A stretch of 64,000 nt of DNA from an uncultured delta proteobacterium (lineage in GTDB: Bacteria; Desulfobacterota; RBG-13-43-22), in NCBI GenBank assembly GCA_963802945.1, contig CAWDKY010000033.1, forward strand, positions 1 to 64,000, read 5' to 3'. The stretch's first letter is position 1; the number at the start of each line of letters is the position of its first letter. The position numbers and the translations under genes are program-made. The notes below the pieces were generated by a model. That model was not told the origin of the DNA, searched no databases, and saw nothing but the letters and a program-made list of their open reading frames with translations. Below, in pieces: positions 55,073-63,796 of this stretch.

Positions 55073-56254
55073 CTAAATCGACTCGACGATAAAGGCATGG
55101 GCAGGGCCGCCGCTGGCGCAAAGGGCGGCACAACCGTAGCGGACCCCGCGCCGTTTCATCTCGTTGATCAGGGTCATGATGAGCCTGGCGCCTGTTGCCC
55201 CGACAGGATGCCCCAGGGCGATCCCTGAACCGACGGCATTCAACCGGTCCAAAGGGACCTTTAATTCCCGATTGACTCCCAAGACCTGGGCCGCAAAGGC
55301 TTCATTGAATTCGAAATAATCTATATCGTCTTGTTTGAGACCGGCAAATCGCAAGGCATTTCGAACCGCTGGAACGACACCCATACCCATAATCCTGGGT
55401 TCCACCGAGCCGGGGGCCGAAGCCACTACCCTGGCTATAGGCTTGATCTTCATTTTTTTTGCCGTGTCTGAATCCATCATAATCAGAGCCGAGCCTCCAT
55501 CATTGAGACCGGAGGCATTGCCCGCCGTCACTGTTCCGTCTTTCTTGAAAGCCGGTCTTAATTTAGCCAGGGCTTCCATACTGGTATTCGGCAGAGGATG
55601 CTCATCCGTATCAATGACGACCGTTCCTTTTTTGGTCTTGACCTCAACGGGGATGATTTCATCCTTAAACCAGCCTTCTTTAATGGCCCTACAGGCCCGC
55701 TGGTGGCTCATCAAAGCGAATTCATCCTGTTCTTCACGGGTGATCCCATATTGGTCGGCAATATTGTCGGCGGTGATGCCCATATGGTAACCGACGAAAT
55801 CACAGATGAGGCCTCCCTTCATGAGACTGTCAATAACCTGTTCGGCATTTCCCAAACGATAGCCTTTACGGACACCGAACAGGAGATAAGGGGCATTGGA
55901 CATGCTTTCCACGCCCACGGCAGCGCCGATATCGATTTTCCCGAGCATGATTTCCTGGGACAGGAGCTCGGAAGCCCGCATGGAAGATGCACATTGCTGA
56001 TGGACGGTGAAGGCGGCTGATTCTACAGAACAACCGGCTTTCAAGGCGACATATCTGGCGGTGTTTCCCGGAGATCCGGCCTGATTGCATTGACCGGCAA
56101 TAACTTCCTGGATCGCTCCCGCATCCACGCCCGCCTTCCCCAAGGCGCCTTTCAAGGCGATTACACCCAAGTCAATAGCACTGTAACTCTCCAAAGAACC
56201 TTGGTAATTCCCAATAGCGGTCCTTGCCCCGCTTACGATAACCACTTCTCTCAT
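55073..56254 (-). CDS. Thiolase (acetyl-CoA C-acetyltransferase)
   Basis: QQCASSM, TAGNASGLNDG, NEAFAAQ, GHPVGATG, CASGG. Confidence 0.94.
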   Translation of the reverse strand: MREVVIVSGARTAIGNYQGSLESYSAIDLGVIALKGALGKAGVDAGAIQEVIAGQCNQAGSPGNTARYVALKAGCSVESAAFTVHQQCASSMRASELLSQEIMLGKIDIGAAVGVESMSNAPYLLFGVRKGYRLGNAEQVIDSLMKGGLICDFVGYHMGITADNIADQYGITREEQDEFALMSHQRACRAIKEGWFKDEIIPVEVKTKKGTVVIDTDEHPLPNTSMEALAKLRPAFKKDGTVTAGNASGLNDGGSALIMMDSDTAKKMKIKPIARVVASAPGSVEPRIMGMGVVPAVRNALRFAGLKQDDIDYFEFNEAFAAQVLGVNRELKVPLDRLNAVGSGIALGHPVGATGARLIMTLINEMKRRGVRYGCAALCASGGPAHAFIVESI

Positions 56255-56431
56255 AGCCGTTCCTTTCTTTAGGCAATATATTGTAACACAAACTTTTTTA
56301 AAAAATCTGATCTTTGATGGTCCAAGTAGCCAATTTGAAAGATTTCGTTTATACCATGTAATTGATTGCAGATCAACCGGCGAGAGGAATTTTTCCTATT
56401 CCTTAGGGGAATAAATAGAAAAAGATAGGAT

Positions 56432-58270
56432 CTATGGTTTAACGGCCCGTTTAAATCGTTCTTCCTGGTCCTGGTAATAGGATCGGTTGGGTGGATTTTT
56501 AGTCAGCACCTGTCGGATGATCTCCAGGGCCATATCAGGGCGACCGTTGACCAGATAGGCCTCGGCCAAGGTATCCAGGATTATGGGATCGGGCTTCAGA
56601 TCGGCTGCTTCCTTGGCCAAAGACAAGGCCTTTATCGGCTGAAAAAGGCCTGGGTCTTTGCTGGTGGCTAAAAGCCAAGCCAAGTTATTTAAAGCCAGAT
56701 AATTTTTCGGCTCCTTTTGCAATATCTTTTCATAATGGGTCTCGGCCTGCTGATATTTTTTCTCATCATGATAGATCATGGCCAGGGCCATCAAGATCTT
56801 GGTATCTCCCGGCCGGGAGCGAAGCTCCTGGGTTAAGAAGGATTCCAAGACCCGGGAGTCGCCGTCAGTGCCAGGAGAAAGCCATATCCGCTCCTTGATC
56901 CCATAAAAACCCAGACCGACCAGCAGGAAAAAAAACAGGCCTATGGACCAATATATTTTTTTATCATGCCTTCGGACCAGATCAGGACGGCGACCGGCAC
57001 TCTCTAAAAACGCCACCCGCTGGGCAATACTGAAATGGTGCCAACTGGGGAGATTACGGCTTTGTCCGGAAGAATAACCGATCTTTTCCAGGGATCGGAT
57101 CAAAGGTTCGGGTGACCCCATGGTCTTCAGGGCGAACAGGTCGGCCTGCCGTTCAAAATTACGCATGAAAAAACCGAAGAGGAAACGAAAATAGAGGATC
57201 AATCCCAAGGCCACGGGCAGAACCATGAAGACCGAAGTTAGATCTTCAAAATAGTCTCTCCAGGAATAAAGAAAATCAAGGATGGCCGGGTATTGAAAGA
57301 GCTGGCGCGTAAGCCACTGCGAAAAAAAGACCGCCAGCAAGATATAGCCGGCGAAAAAACCAAGATAGAACAGGAGGTGCTTTTTCCGAATGTGACCTAT
57401 TTCATGGGCCACGACCCCCATTAATTCCTCCGGCTCCAAAAGATCCAGCAAAGACGGGGTAATCAGCAGATAGCGGAAGCGTTTGACCAGGCCCATGACC
57501 CCGGCGGTCAGCATGCTGCCCCCGAAGGCCGGCCAGAGGAAAATCTGCTGAAAGGGGGCTCCCAATTTCCGACAAAAATCAAAAAGGATTTCTTTTTTGG
57601 GCCCTTCAGGAATGGGCCGGCATTGCCACCAGGTTTTAATCAGAAAGGGGAAAAAAATCGACAAAACCGTTAAAAAGATCAAGACATAGATCATTTCTCC
57701 TAAGGGTTGATTCAAAAAGGATCGCAGACCCGGACTGGAAACCAGTTCAATAAGGTCCGACAGGAGTGTGATCAAAAACCAGGGGAATAAAATAGGTAAA
57801 TTAAACTGGAGCTGGGACCTTAGATAGGAACCCCTGGTCTGGAAGGATCTGAAGATCGTCGCCTGGGCCGGATAGCCCAAAATCCAGATCAAGGCCACAT
57901 GAATAAGATACAGGGTGATGCCCAAGGCCCCCTCCAGGGAAGCAAAACGGCCGGCCCCCGGGATTACGGCCACTAAGGATTTAAAGTTCAGGAGGTAAAT
58001 TTCGGAGGCAAAAAAGATCAGAGCCAGGATCATCAGGTATTGGGTAGTCTGCTGATACCCTCGCTGTAAGGAATAAGAACCTTGCCGGTTATCAAGGGCC
58101 AGGAGATAAAGGCGGTGAAATCGTCTCCAGGTTTCTAGTCCAAAGACGGCCAGAAAAAGGCAAAGGGTTCCGGCATTGACCCAGAGATCGACGAACGGCA
58201 GCCTCGGGCCCAACGATCGGGTATAATAAATCAATAGGGCTAAGATAAAAAAGATAATATTGGTAAACAT
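56432..58270 (-). CDS. M48-family membrane zinc metalloprotease with C-terminal TPR
   Basis: VAHEIGH, FERQADLFA, ALNNLAWLLAT, LDTLAEAY. Start moved to ATG 58270 because a promoter lies just upstream. Confidence 0.9.
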   Translation of the reverse strand: MFTNIIFFILALLIYYTRSLGPRLPFVDLWVNAGTLCLFLAVFGLETWRRFHRLYLLALDNRQGSYSLQRGYQQTTQYLMILALIFFASEIYLLNFKSLVAVIPGAGRFASLEGALGITLYLIHVALIWILGYPAQATIFRSFQTRGSYLRSQLQFNLPILFPWFLITLLSDLIELVSSPGLRSFLNQPLGEMIYVLIFLTVLSIFFPFLIKTWWQCRPIPEGPKKEILFDFCRKLGAPFQQIFLWPAFGGSMLTAGVMGLVKRFRYLLITPSLLDLLEPEELMGVVAHEIGHIRKKHLLFYLGFFAGYILLAVFFSQWLTRQLFQYPAILDFLYSWRDYFEDLTSVFMVLPVALGLILYFRFLFGFFMRNFERQADLFALKTMGSPEPLIRSLEKIGYSSGQSRNLPSWHHFSIAQRVAFLESAGRRPDLVRRHDKKIYWSIGLFFFLLVGLGFYGIKERIWLSPGTDGDSRVLESFLTQELRSRPGDTKILMALAMIYHDEKKYQQAETHYEKILQKEPKNYLALNNLAWLLATSKDPGLFQPIKALSLAKEAADLKPDPIILDTLAEAYLVNGRPDMALEIIRQVLTKNPPNRSYYQDQEERFKRAVKP

Positions 58271-58280
58271 AGGCACAGGA

Positions 58281-58359
58281 AGATTACCGATAATGCGGAA
58301 GGATGTCAAGATAAGGGCTGAGGAGAGGCCTTGACAAAATATACAGGACTGTTTATAAT
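58281..58359. promoter_or_regulatory. Back-to-back sigma70 promoters
   Basis: Plus: TTGACA(58331)-N17-TATAAT. Minus: TTGACA(58309)-N17-TAATCT. Confidence 0.75.
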
Positions 58360-58404
58360 AAATTATCAAAAAGGTTAAAAAATTCCATACGATATTCAAC
58401 GGCT

Positions 58405-58644
58405 ATGATGAATAATCCTTATCGAGTCCCGACACGAAAAAATAAAAGACCCGCCCAGTACGATCAATTTGAAGCCACCGAGCTTTATTGTCCAAGATGC
58501 CGTCGGGCCATGCCGGTCCGTAAAAGGCTCTTATTGGTTTTGCCGGAAGGGGACAAGTATGAATATCTTTGTGCCGCTTGTTTAACCGCTGTGGGCGACA
58601 AGATCGAGAAAAATACCGAAGGGATTAGACTGGTCCTGCCTTAA
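58405..58644 (+). CDS. Small zinc-ribbon cytoplasmic protein
   Basis: LYCPRC...YLCAAC; consensus promoter upstream. Confidence 0.75.
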   Translation: MMNNPYRVPTRKNKRPAQYDQFEATELYCPRCRRAMPVRKRLLLVLPEGDKYEYLCAACLTAVGDKIEKNTEGIRLVLP

Positions 58645-58931
58645 TTCTGTGAAAGTCAGGATTTGACTATACAGGCATTGTCAAGCTTGATGATGACTTC
58701 TTCCTGTACTCTTATAACTTCCTTTTTTGCAAAAATAAAAGACTTCAAACAAAAAATTCTGGAAATTCTCGATGATGATCTTAACGAATGGATGACTTAA
58801 TGATTAAATCTTGACCGTTTGGCTCTGTCTCATTTTAATTTTCGGAGGGATGCGCCTGGAAAAGCAATATATGGTTTAACAAAATAAGGACCTGCCCCCG
58901 CCGAAGCGGGGACAGGCCATCCCAAAAACTT

Positions 58932-59321
58932 CTATCGCTTTTCTCCGGTGAAGGTGCCCGTAACAGAGCGGCCCCTACCACGAGATCCGGCGTATGTGTA
59001 CTCGACTGAACCGCTGACCTTATTGCCCTCAACCTTTCCTTTATAGGTTATATCAATCTCGTTATTTTTGAATGTGTATTCGAAATCGCTGCCTTGGATT
59101 TTTCCTGTAACTTTACTTTTTCTGCCTACATCTTGGTAGGTTCCGGTAATTTTCTCACCGTCCTGTTGCAAAACGAAAGTTGGAGTCGCTTTATCGACGG
59201 AGGTATCAACCGATATATTCCAGGTTCCCGTCAAACTATCCGCAGCCTGAGTAACCGCGGCTCCCGCAGCTAAACCTAAAACCACAAATAACATCACGAT
59301 AAAAATGAACGATTTTTTCAT
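58932..59321 (-). CDS. Exported beta-rich hypothetical protein
   Basis: Signal peptide, LTGTWNISV...LQQDGEKITGTY; GAGGA RBS. Confidence 0.75.
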   Translation of the reverse strand: MKKSFIFIVMLFVVLGLAAGAAVTQAADSLTGTWNISVDTSVDKATPTFVLQQDGEKITGTYQDVGRKSKVTGKIQGSDFEYTFKNNEIDITYKGKVEGNKVSGSVEYTYAGSRGRGRSVTGTFTGEKR

Positions 59322-59792
59322 ACCTTCCTCCTTTTTCTATTCTTATTTTTATTTTTATCTTTATTTCGATCTTTTTTCAAGTGTTTTTGTTTCTATTGGA
59401 GAGCTTGACATAGCCTCGGATTTTCCTTTGGATGTTTTTTGAGGTAATTTTTTCGATTTCAATAGGCGATGAGGATGTTGGTTCTAAAACGACATATTAT
59501 CGTAACATTTCCAGGGAACTTCGTCCAAAAAAAAATAAGGATATCCTCATTCCCTTACAATTACAATCTATGATAATACTTCTACGAGACGCCTCATCTG
59601 ACCTTGGGGCAGCCTGTTGCGTTCTTTCTAAAGTCGCCAAATTCAGCCCCCCTGTTCTTAGCTGAAGATTAAACCGACTATCTTTAGTATCGGCCCCAAA
59701 AGCTCGAAATAAGCGGCCCCCATAATAGCTTTTCTTGCCTCAACCATCGGATTGTATTCTTGTACGTGATTTAATGAGCACCATTTTTTTGC

Positions 59793-59821
59793 TTGACAAA
59801 TTATGAGCATATGCTTATAAT
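59793..59821 (+). promoter_or_regulatory. Consensus sigma70 promoter overlapped by a 20-bp palindromic operator
   Basis: TTGACA-N17-TATAAT containing TTATGAGCATATGCTTATAA (59801-59820). Confidence 0.85.
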
Positions 59822-59842
59822 TAGTTTTAAGAGGTGTCCATT

Positions 59843-60322
59843 ATGGCCAGACCGAGAAATTGCAGGAGAGTGGGGTGTCTCCCTGGGAGCCAGTATTTTA
59901 AACCCAGAGGAATCCCCCTTTCAGGACTTGAGGAAATAAAGTTGACCGTTGATGAATTTGAGGCCCTTCGGTTAGCTGACTTGGAAGGTTTATACCAAGA
60001 TCAGGCTGCCGGAAGAATGAATGTCTCCCGACAAACCTTTGGAAGAATTATAGGATCAGGACACAAAAAAGTTGCCGAGGCTTTGGTTAAAGGTAAGGCT
60101 TTGAAGATTGAAGGAGGTGATTTTGATATGGCTTCTATGAGAAAATTTGGATGTTATGATTGCCAATATTCTTGGGATTTGCCTTACGGAACGGGTAGAC
60201 CAAAGAACTGCCCTTCCTGCAAAAGCGGCAACATTCACAGAACAGAGGAAGGCAGAGGATACGATAGAGGATTTGGGAAAGGGCAAGGCAGGTGTTGTCG
60301 TGTGAATCAACAAAAACAATAA
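59843..60322 (+). CDS. DUF134 (UPF0251) HTH protein with a C-terminal zinc ribbon
   Basis: MARPR, FKPRGIP, DEFEALRLAD, MNVSRQTF, CYDC...CPSC. Confidence 0.9.
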   Translation: MARPRNCRRVGCLPGSQYFKPRGIPLSGLEEIKLTVDEFEALRLADLEGLYQDQAAGRMNVSRQTFGRIIGSGHKKVAEALVKGKALKIEGGDFDMASMRKFGCYDCQYSWDLPYGTGRPKNCPSCKSGNIHRTEEGRGYDRGFGKGQGRCCRVNQQKQ

Positions 60323-60448
60323 CGAAGGAAAAATTTAATTAAATCATTGCGAAAAGGCGGGAAGGATTAAATGAAAGGCTTGCCGATTCTATGATTAACC
60401 GGGAAGCCTTAAGAATAGAGACCGCTATCGCCAAAAAAGGAGAAAGTC

Positions 60449-60835
60449 ATGAAGGTAGGTTTTGCAGTACAGGGTAATGAAGGAGTTGAGAGCAAGGTTT
60501 ATGGTCATTTTGGTTCGGCACCGGCGTTTATCATCGTCGATACCGAGGGGAAAGAGGTTGTAACAGTAAACAATAGAGACTTAGACCATGTCCATGGTGC
60601 CTGTAACCCAATTAAGGCCCTTGATGGTAAGAGTGTGGAGGCCATGGTTGTTGGAGGTATAGGTGCAGGAGCCATATCCGGGCTCAATGCACAGGGTATC
60701 AAGGTCTACCAATCCATCGCCGAAACAGTTAGACAGAACCTGGATCTCCTGAAAGACGGGAAGCTCCCCTTGCTTTCCTTGCAAAACGCCTGCCAGGGCC
60801 ACCAGAGCGGGGAATGCGGACACCACGGTTCATAG
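60449..60835 (+). CDS. NifB/NifX-family metal-cluster-binding protein
   Basis: HFGSAPAF, HVHGAC, VGGIGAGA. Confidence 0.88.
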   Translation: MKVGFAVQGNEGVESKVYGHFGSAPAFIIVDTEGKEVVTVNNRDLDHVHGACNPIKALDGKSVEAMVVGGIGAGAISGLNAQGIKVYQSIAETVRQNLDLLKDGKLPLLSLQNACQGHQSGECGHHGS

Positions 60836-60850
60836 AAGGAGGAGAGGGAA

Positions 60851-61084
60851 ATGCCGATTTACGAATATCGTTGCGAAAAATGCGGGGAGGTGAGTGAGAT
60901 TCTCGTATTGGGGAAGCAGGAGGTCATTGCCTGCCAACAATGTGGAAGCAAAGATTTGGTGAAATTGATGTCAGCTCACAGCGTTTCCGTAAGCTCTCAG
61001 TCTTTCGCCATACCCGAACCCTCGAGCGGTTGCTGTGGATCACCCAACTCTTGCGGGGCTCCAGGAAGCTGCTGCTCAAAGTAG
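60851..61084 (+). CDS. FmdB-family zinc-ribbon protein
   Basis: MPIYEYRCEKCG...CQQCGS, Cys-rich tail. Confidence 0.88.
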   Translation: MPIYEYRCEKCGEVSEILVLGKQEVIACQQCGSKDLVKLMSAHSVSVSSQSFAIPEPSSGCCGSPNSCGAPGSCCSK

Positions 61085-61640
61085 GGTAATGGATATGGGG
61101 ACATCCATTCATTGCGTTTCGATCGACTCCGCTCCCCCATCCAGCCTTCCCCCTCCAAGGAGGAGGGATAGGGTGAGATTGATGTGAGCTTATTCCGATA
61201 TTTAAATTAACTTTAAAGATGCAGCAGGAAAGATCAGGAAAGTTCACCTGAATCGATAGTCCTGCTCATTTGGAAGAAAAGGAGGTGCCTTGTTCATTTT
61301 AATTGTCCGGCTTAAAGAACCGGAAGAAACCTGGCTGGACAAGATATGGTCTGATGAAAAAAACAACTTCTTCCTTCAAAACTCTATTTTGAATAAAACC
61401 GAAGAGTTCAACGGTAATCAATAAAAGCTATTTTGCCAAAATATTTGGATATTGCGAACTTCGTATTTCTTGCTAATATTCAGTAATTATGAATAATAAT
61501 AAATTAAGATTCTTTATATTTTAACTATTTTTATTGAACTGAAAAACAATCTATGCTATATTCCATTATAAATATCCGGCAAAAACAAAGTTCGTATATT
61601 AATTGTTAAATAACCCGGTGTTCAAAACACCCTCACAACA

Positions 61641-62135
61641 ATGAAAGGAGAACAAAATATGAACAGAGTCAGATTAATTTCTCGAACATTTACCTTGGTA
61701 ATTGTCGCTGCCGTCTGCTGCTTAGTCATCAGCAGCTGCAAATATCAGGTTCCCATCACTTCCAAATCCACTCGCAAGGTTGATACCAGACTCCTTGGCA
61801 ACTGGACCTCCAAGGACGGGAAGACCAAGATAAAGGTGATGAAGCTGGATGACTCTAATTATAAGGTCTTTTCCAAGAAGGATTATCTCGCCTATCATTC
61901 GGACGTGGCCGGGACGCCTTTTGTCAGCGTGAAGAACCTTAAATCGAACAAACCTGAGTATTATTATTGGACCTGGAAATTGTCTGAGGATGGCACGCTG
62001 ATTTTGCGTAATGTCAACGACAAGGTCGTTCCAGATAACACCAAGGACTCGGCCAGCGTGCAAGAGCTCTTGAAAAAGAACCTAAAAAATCCGGCGCTCT
62101 TTAGGGGCGAATTCCGATTGACCAAAAACAAGTAG
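61641..62135 (+). CDS. Putative lipoprotein, probable gene cassette
   Basis: Lipobox-like ISSC after a hydrophobic stretch; attC 6 bp after the stop. The start may be the second Met after the AAGGAG RBS. Confidence 0.75.
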   Translation: MKGEQNMNRVRLISRTFTLVIVAAVCCLVISSCKYQVPITSKSTRKVDTRLLGNWTSKDGKTKIKVMKLDDSNYKVFSKKDYLAYHSDVAGTPFVSVKNLKSNKPEYYYWTWKLSEDGTLILRNVNDKVVPDNTKDSASVQELLKKNLKNPALFRGEFRLTKNK

Positions 62136-62141
62136 TCGGCC

Positions 62142-62240
62142 GTCTATCAAAACACTGGAGCCAACGCCGGTTGTCTGTCTTCGTTCCGCATTCACAATTG
62201 ACAGCATCCATCCGGCGTGGCTCAGTTCTGGACGTTGGAG
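62142..62240 (+). other. attC-like site
   Basis: Degenerate R'' GTCTATC, arm ACTGGAGCCAACGCCGG pairing with CCGGCGTGGCTCAGT (two unpaired bases), R'-like GTTGGAG. Confidence 0.75.
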
Positions 62241-62404
62241 TCAACCCATATTAGAGAAATAGAAATGATTGTAATTGATTCCGCCCTCCGCATCATAAAT
62301 TACTTGATCAAGTTGGACGATGTTTAGAGGCTTCTCACAGCGGAGTTTAAAGGGTTGCGAGAAATAGACGCCTCCGGTGCAATCTCAAATTACACTTCCG
62401 CCTC

Positions 62405-62578
62405 TTTCCCCGAATCCACCACCATGCTCCTGCTGGGTTCTGGCCTGAGAGGGACTCGAGGCCCGTCAGTAAACGCTTTAAAAATAATTTACCCTTATCT
62501 TCAAAATACAAAGGCAGGGTCAGAAATGGCTCTGCCTTTTTTTATGCACATTTCAAACGATAATCGTTAATTTTCTGG
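62405..62578 (+). pseudogene. PEP-CTERM sorting-signal remnant plus terminator (repeat copy 2)
   Basis: FPESTTMLLLGSGL resembles VPEPxTxLLLGxGL; followed by the repeat shared with 51606. Confidence 0.65.
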
Positions 62579-62704
62579 TCTATCTTCTTAAACCATTTTT
62601 AGTTGAAATCACTGGTACGAGTTATCTTGAGATCGCCTTTCAAGGTTTGAGTTGGAAGTCTCGGATTAAAGAGGATGATGACAGACGTGAAGTTTATTCG
62701 TCCA

Positions 62705-62890
62705 TCATCCCCTGTCCCTCTTATGGTCAAACTGAAAACCTTTCTTCCTGAACAGTTTCAGACAGACATCCACCACCTCCTGATCATAGAGAAGGCCTTT
62801 GTTCTTTTTTATTTCTCCGAGAGCCGCCTCGATTCCAAGTGCAGGCCGGTAGGGCTGATAAAAAGCCATGGCTTCAACCGCGTCGGCCAC
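62705..62890 (-). pseudogene. C-terminal fragment of an HD-GYP domain gene
   Basis: ADAVEAMA..PYRPALG..AALGEI..NKGLLYDQEVVDVC. Confidence 0.75.
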
Positions 62891-63087
62891 AACGTCTGCG
62901 TTTGGTCATAGAGGGGCATACCTTTGAGTTGGAAAGCCAGGTATTCCCTTTGAGTCTGAGTATCGGACTGATCGAAATCGAGGAGGGAACCTTGACCACC
63001 GGAGAACTTTTGTCTCAGGCCGCCGCAGTCATCTACCAGGCCAAAGCGCAGGAAAAGAACCGTGTGGTGGTTTATGGCTCTAAGTAA
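62885..63087 (+). pseudogene. C-terminal fragment of a GGDEF domain gene
   Basis: LSLSIGL...ELLSQAAAVIYQAKAQEKNRV; no GGDEF motif and no start. Confidence 0.7.
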
Positions 63088-63368
63088 ATTGCTCGGAACT
63101 AAACCATTTCGGATTTCATATTGGGGATGGCGGAATACATTTTTATGAAGCCGATTCAATACCCATTTCCTTACTTTTTTGTTGACTTACTCCATCAAGA
63201 CCTTACAATATAAGTCAGTTCATTCACAATAGATCCGATATTTAGGCCCAGTTACTCGGCGGTTAACCTCTATTAGGGAACAACCGTTATGGAAAACACC
63301 TGTCGGCCAAGTTCTTTTTATCTATTCCTCTATCTGTCTAACCTTCAATTCCTGTTCCCTCTATATTT

Positions 63369-63508
63369 TGAACTCGTAAAAATTCGCCGAATGCCCATTT
63401 TCGTCATTCCGGACTTGATCCGGAATCCAGTAAAGTCAATATGTTCTGGATACTGGATACCGGCTTTCGCCGGTATGACCTCATAAGGACTTTTTACAAA
63501 ACCCTCAT
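63369..63508. repeat. REP-like doublet (family B) with degenerate outer terminal repeats
   Basis: GTCATTCCGGACTTGATCCGGAATCCAG ... CTGGATACCGGCTTTCGCCGGTATGAC, flanked by CTCGTAAAAATTC / GACTTTTTAC. Confidence 0.82.
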
Positions 63509-63796
63509 ATGAAGGATCAAAACAGTTTCAGGTCAAAATGATGCCGATACTCAAAACCAATATCCAAATAAGTAGCTGCCACTGAATTCCCCTCAATCCT
63601 CTTTTTCAAAGGGGGAAGTTCCTTCTCCCATGTTAAAAGAGAGATCGGGAGGGAGTCAAACAACTTATTTTTGTTTGCAATCAGGCCCTTTTGATGGGCC
63701 GGCAAATAATCAAGTCTCCGGCTTTGCCGGAGGTCAGGTGACTTGGGGAGAAGAACCATAATAATTTATGGCGGGCATCAAACGGAGACTTCAAAA

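Noticed and set aside
59400-59760. ORF 59432-59665 and surrounding intergenic DNA
   Set aside because: No recognisable protein or RNA motif; left unannotated.
61128-61178. CCTTCCCCCTCCAAGGAGGAGGG-type palindrome (similar element at 63587-63655)
   Set aside because: Probably degenerate members of further small palindromic repeat families; too decayed to define from single copies.
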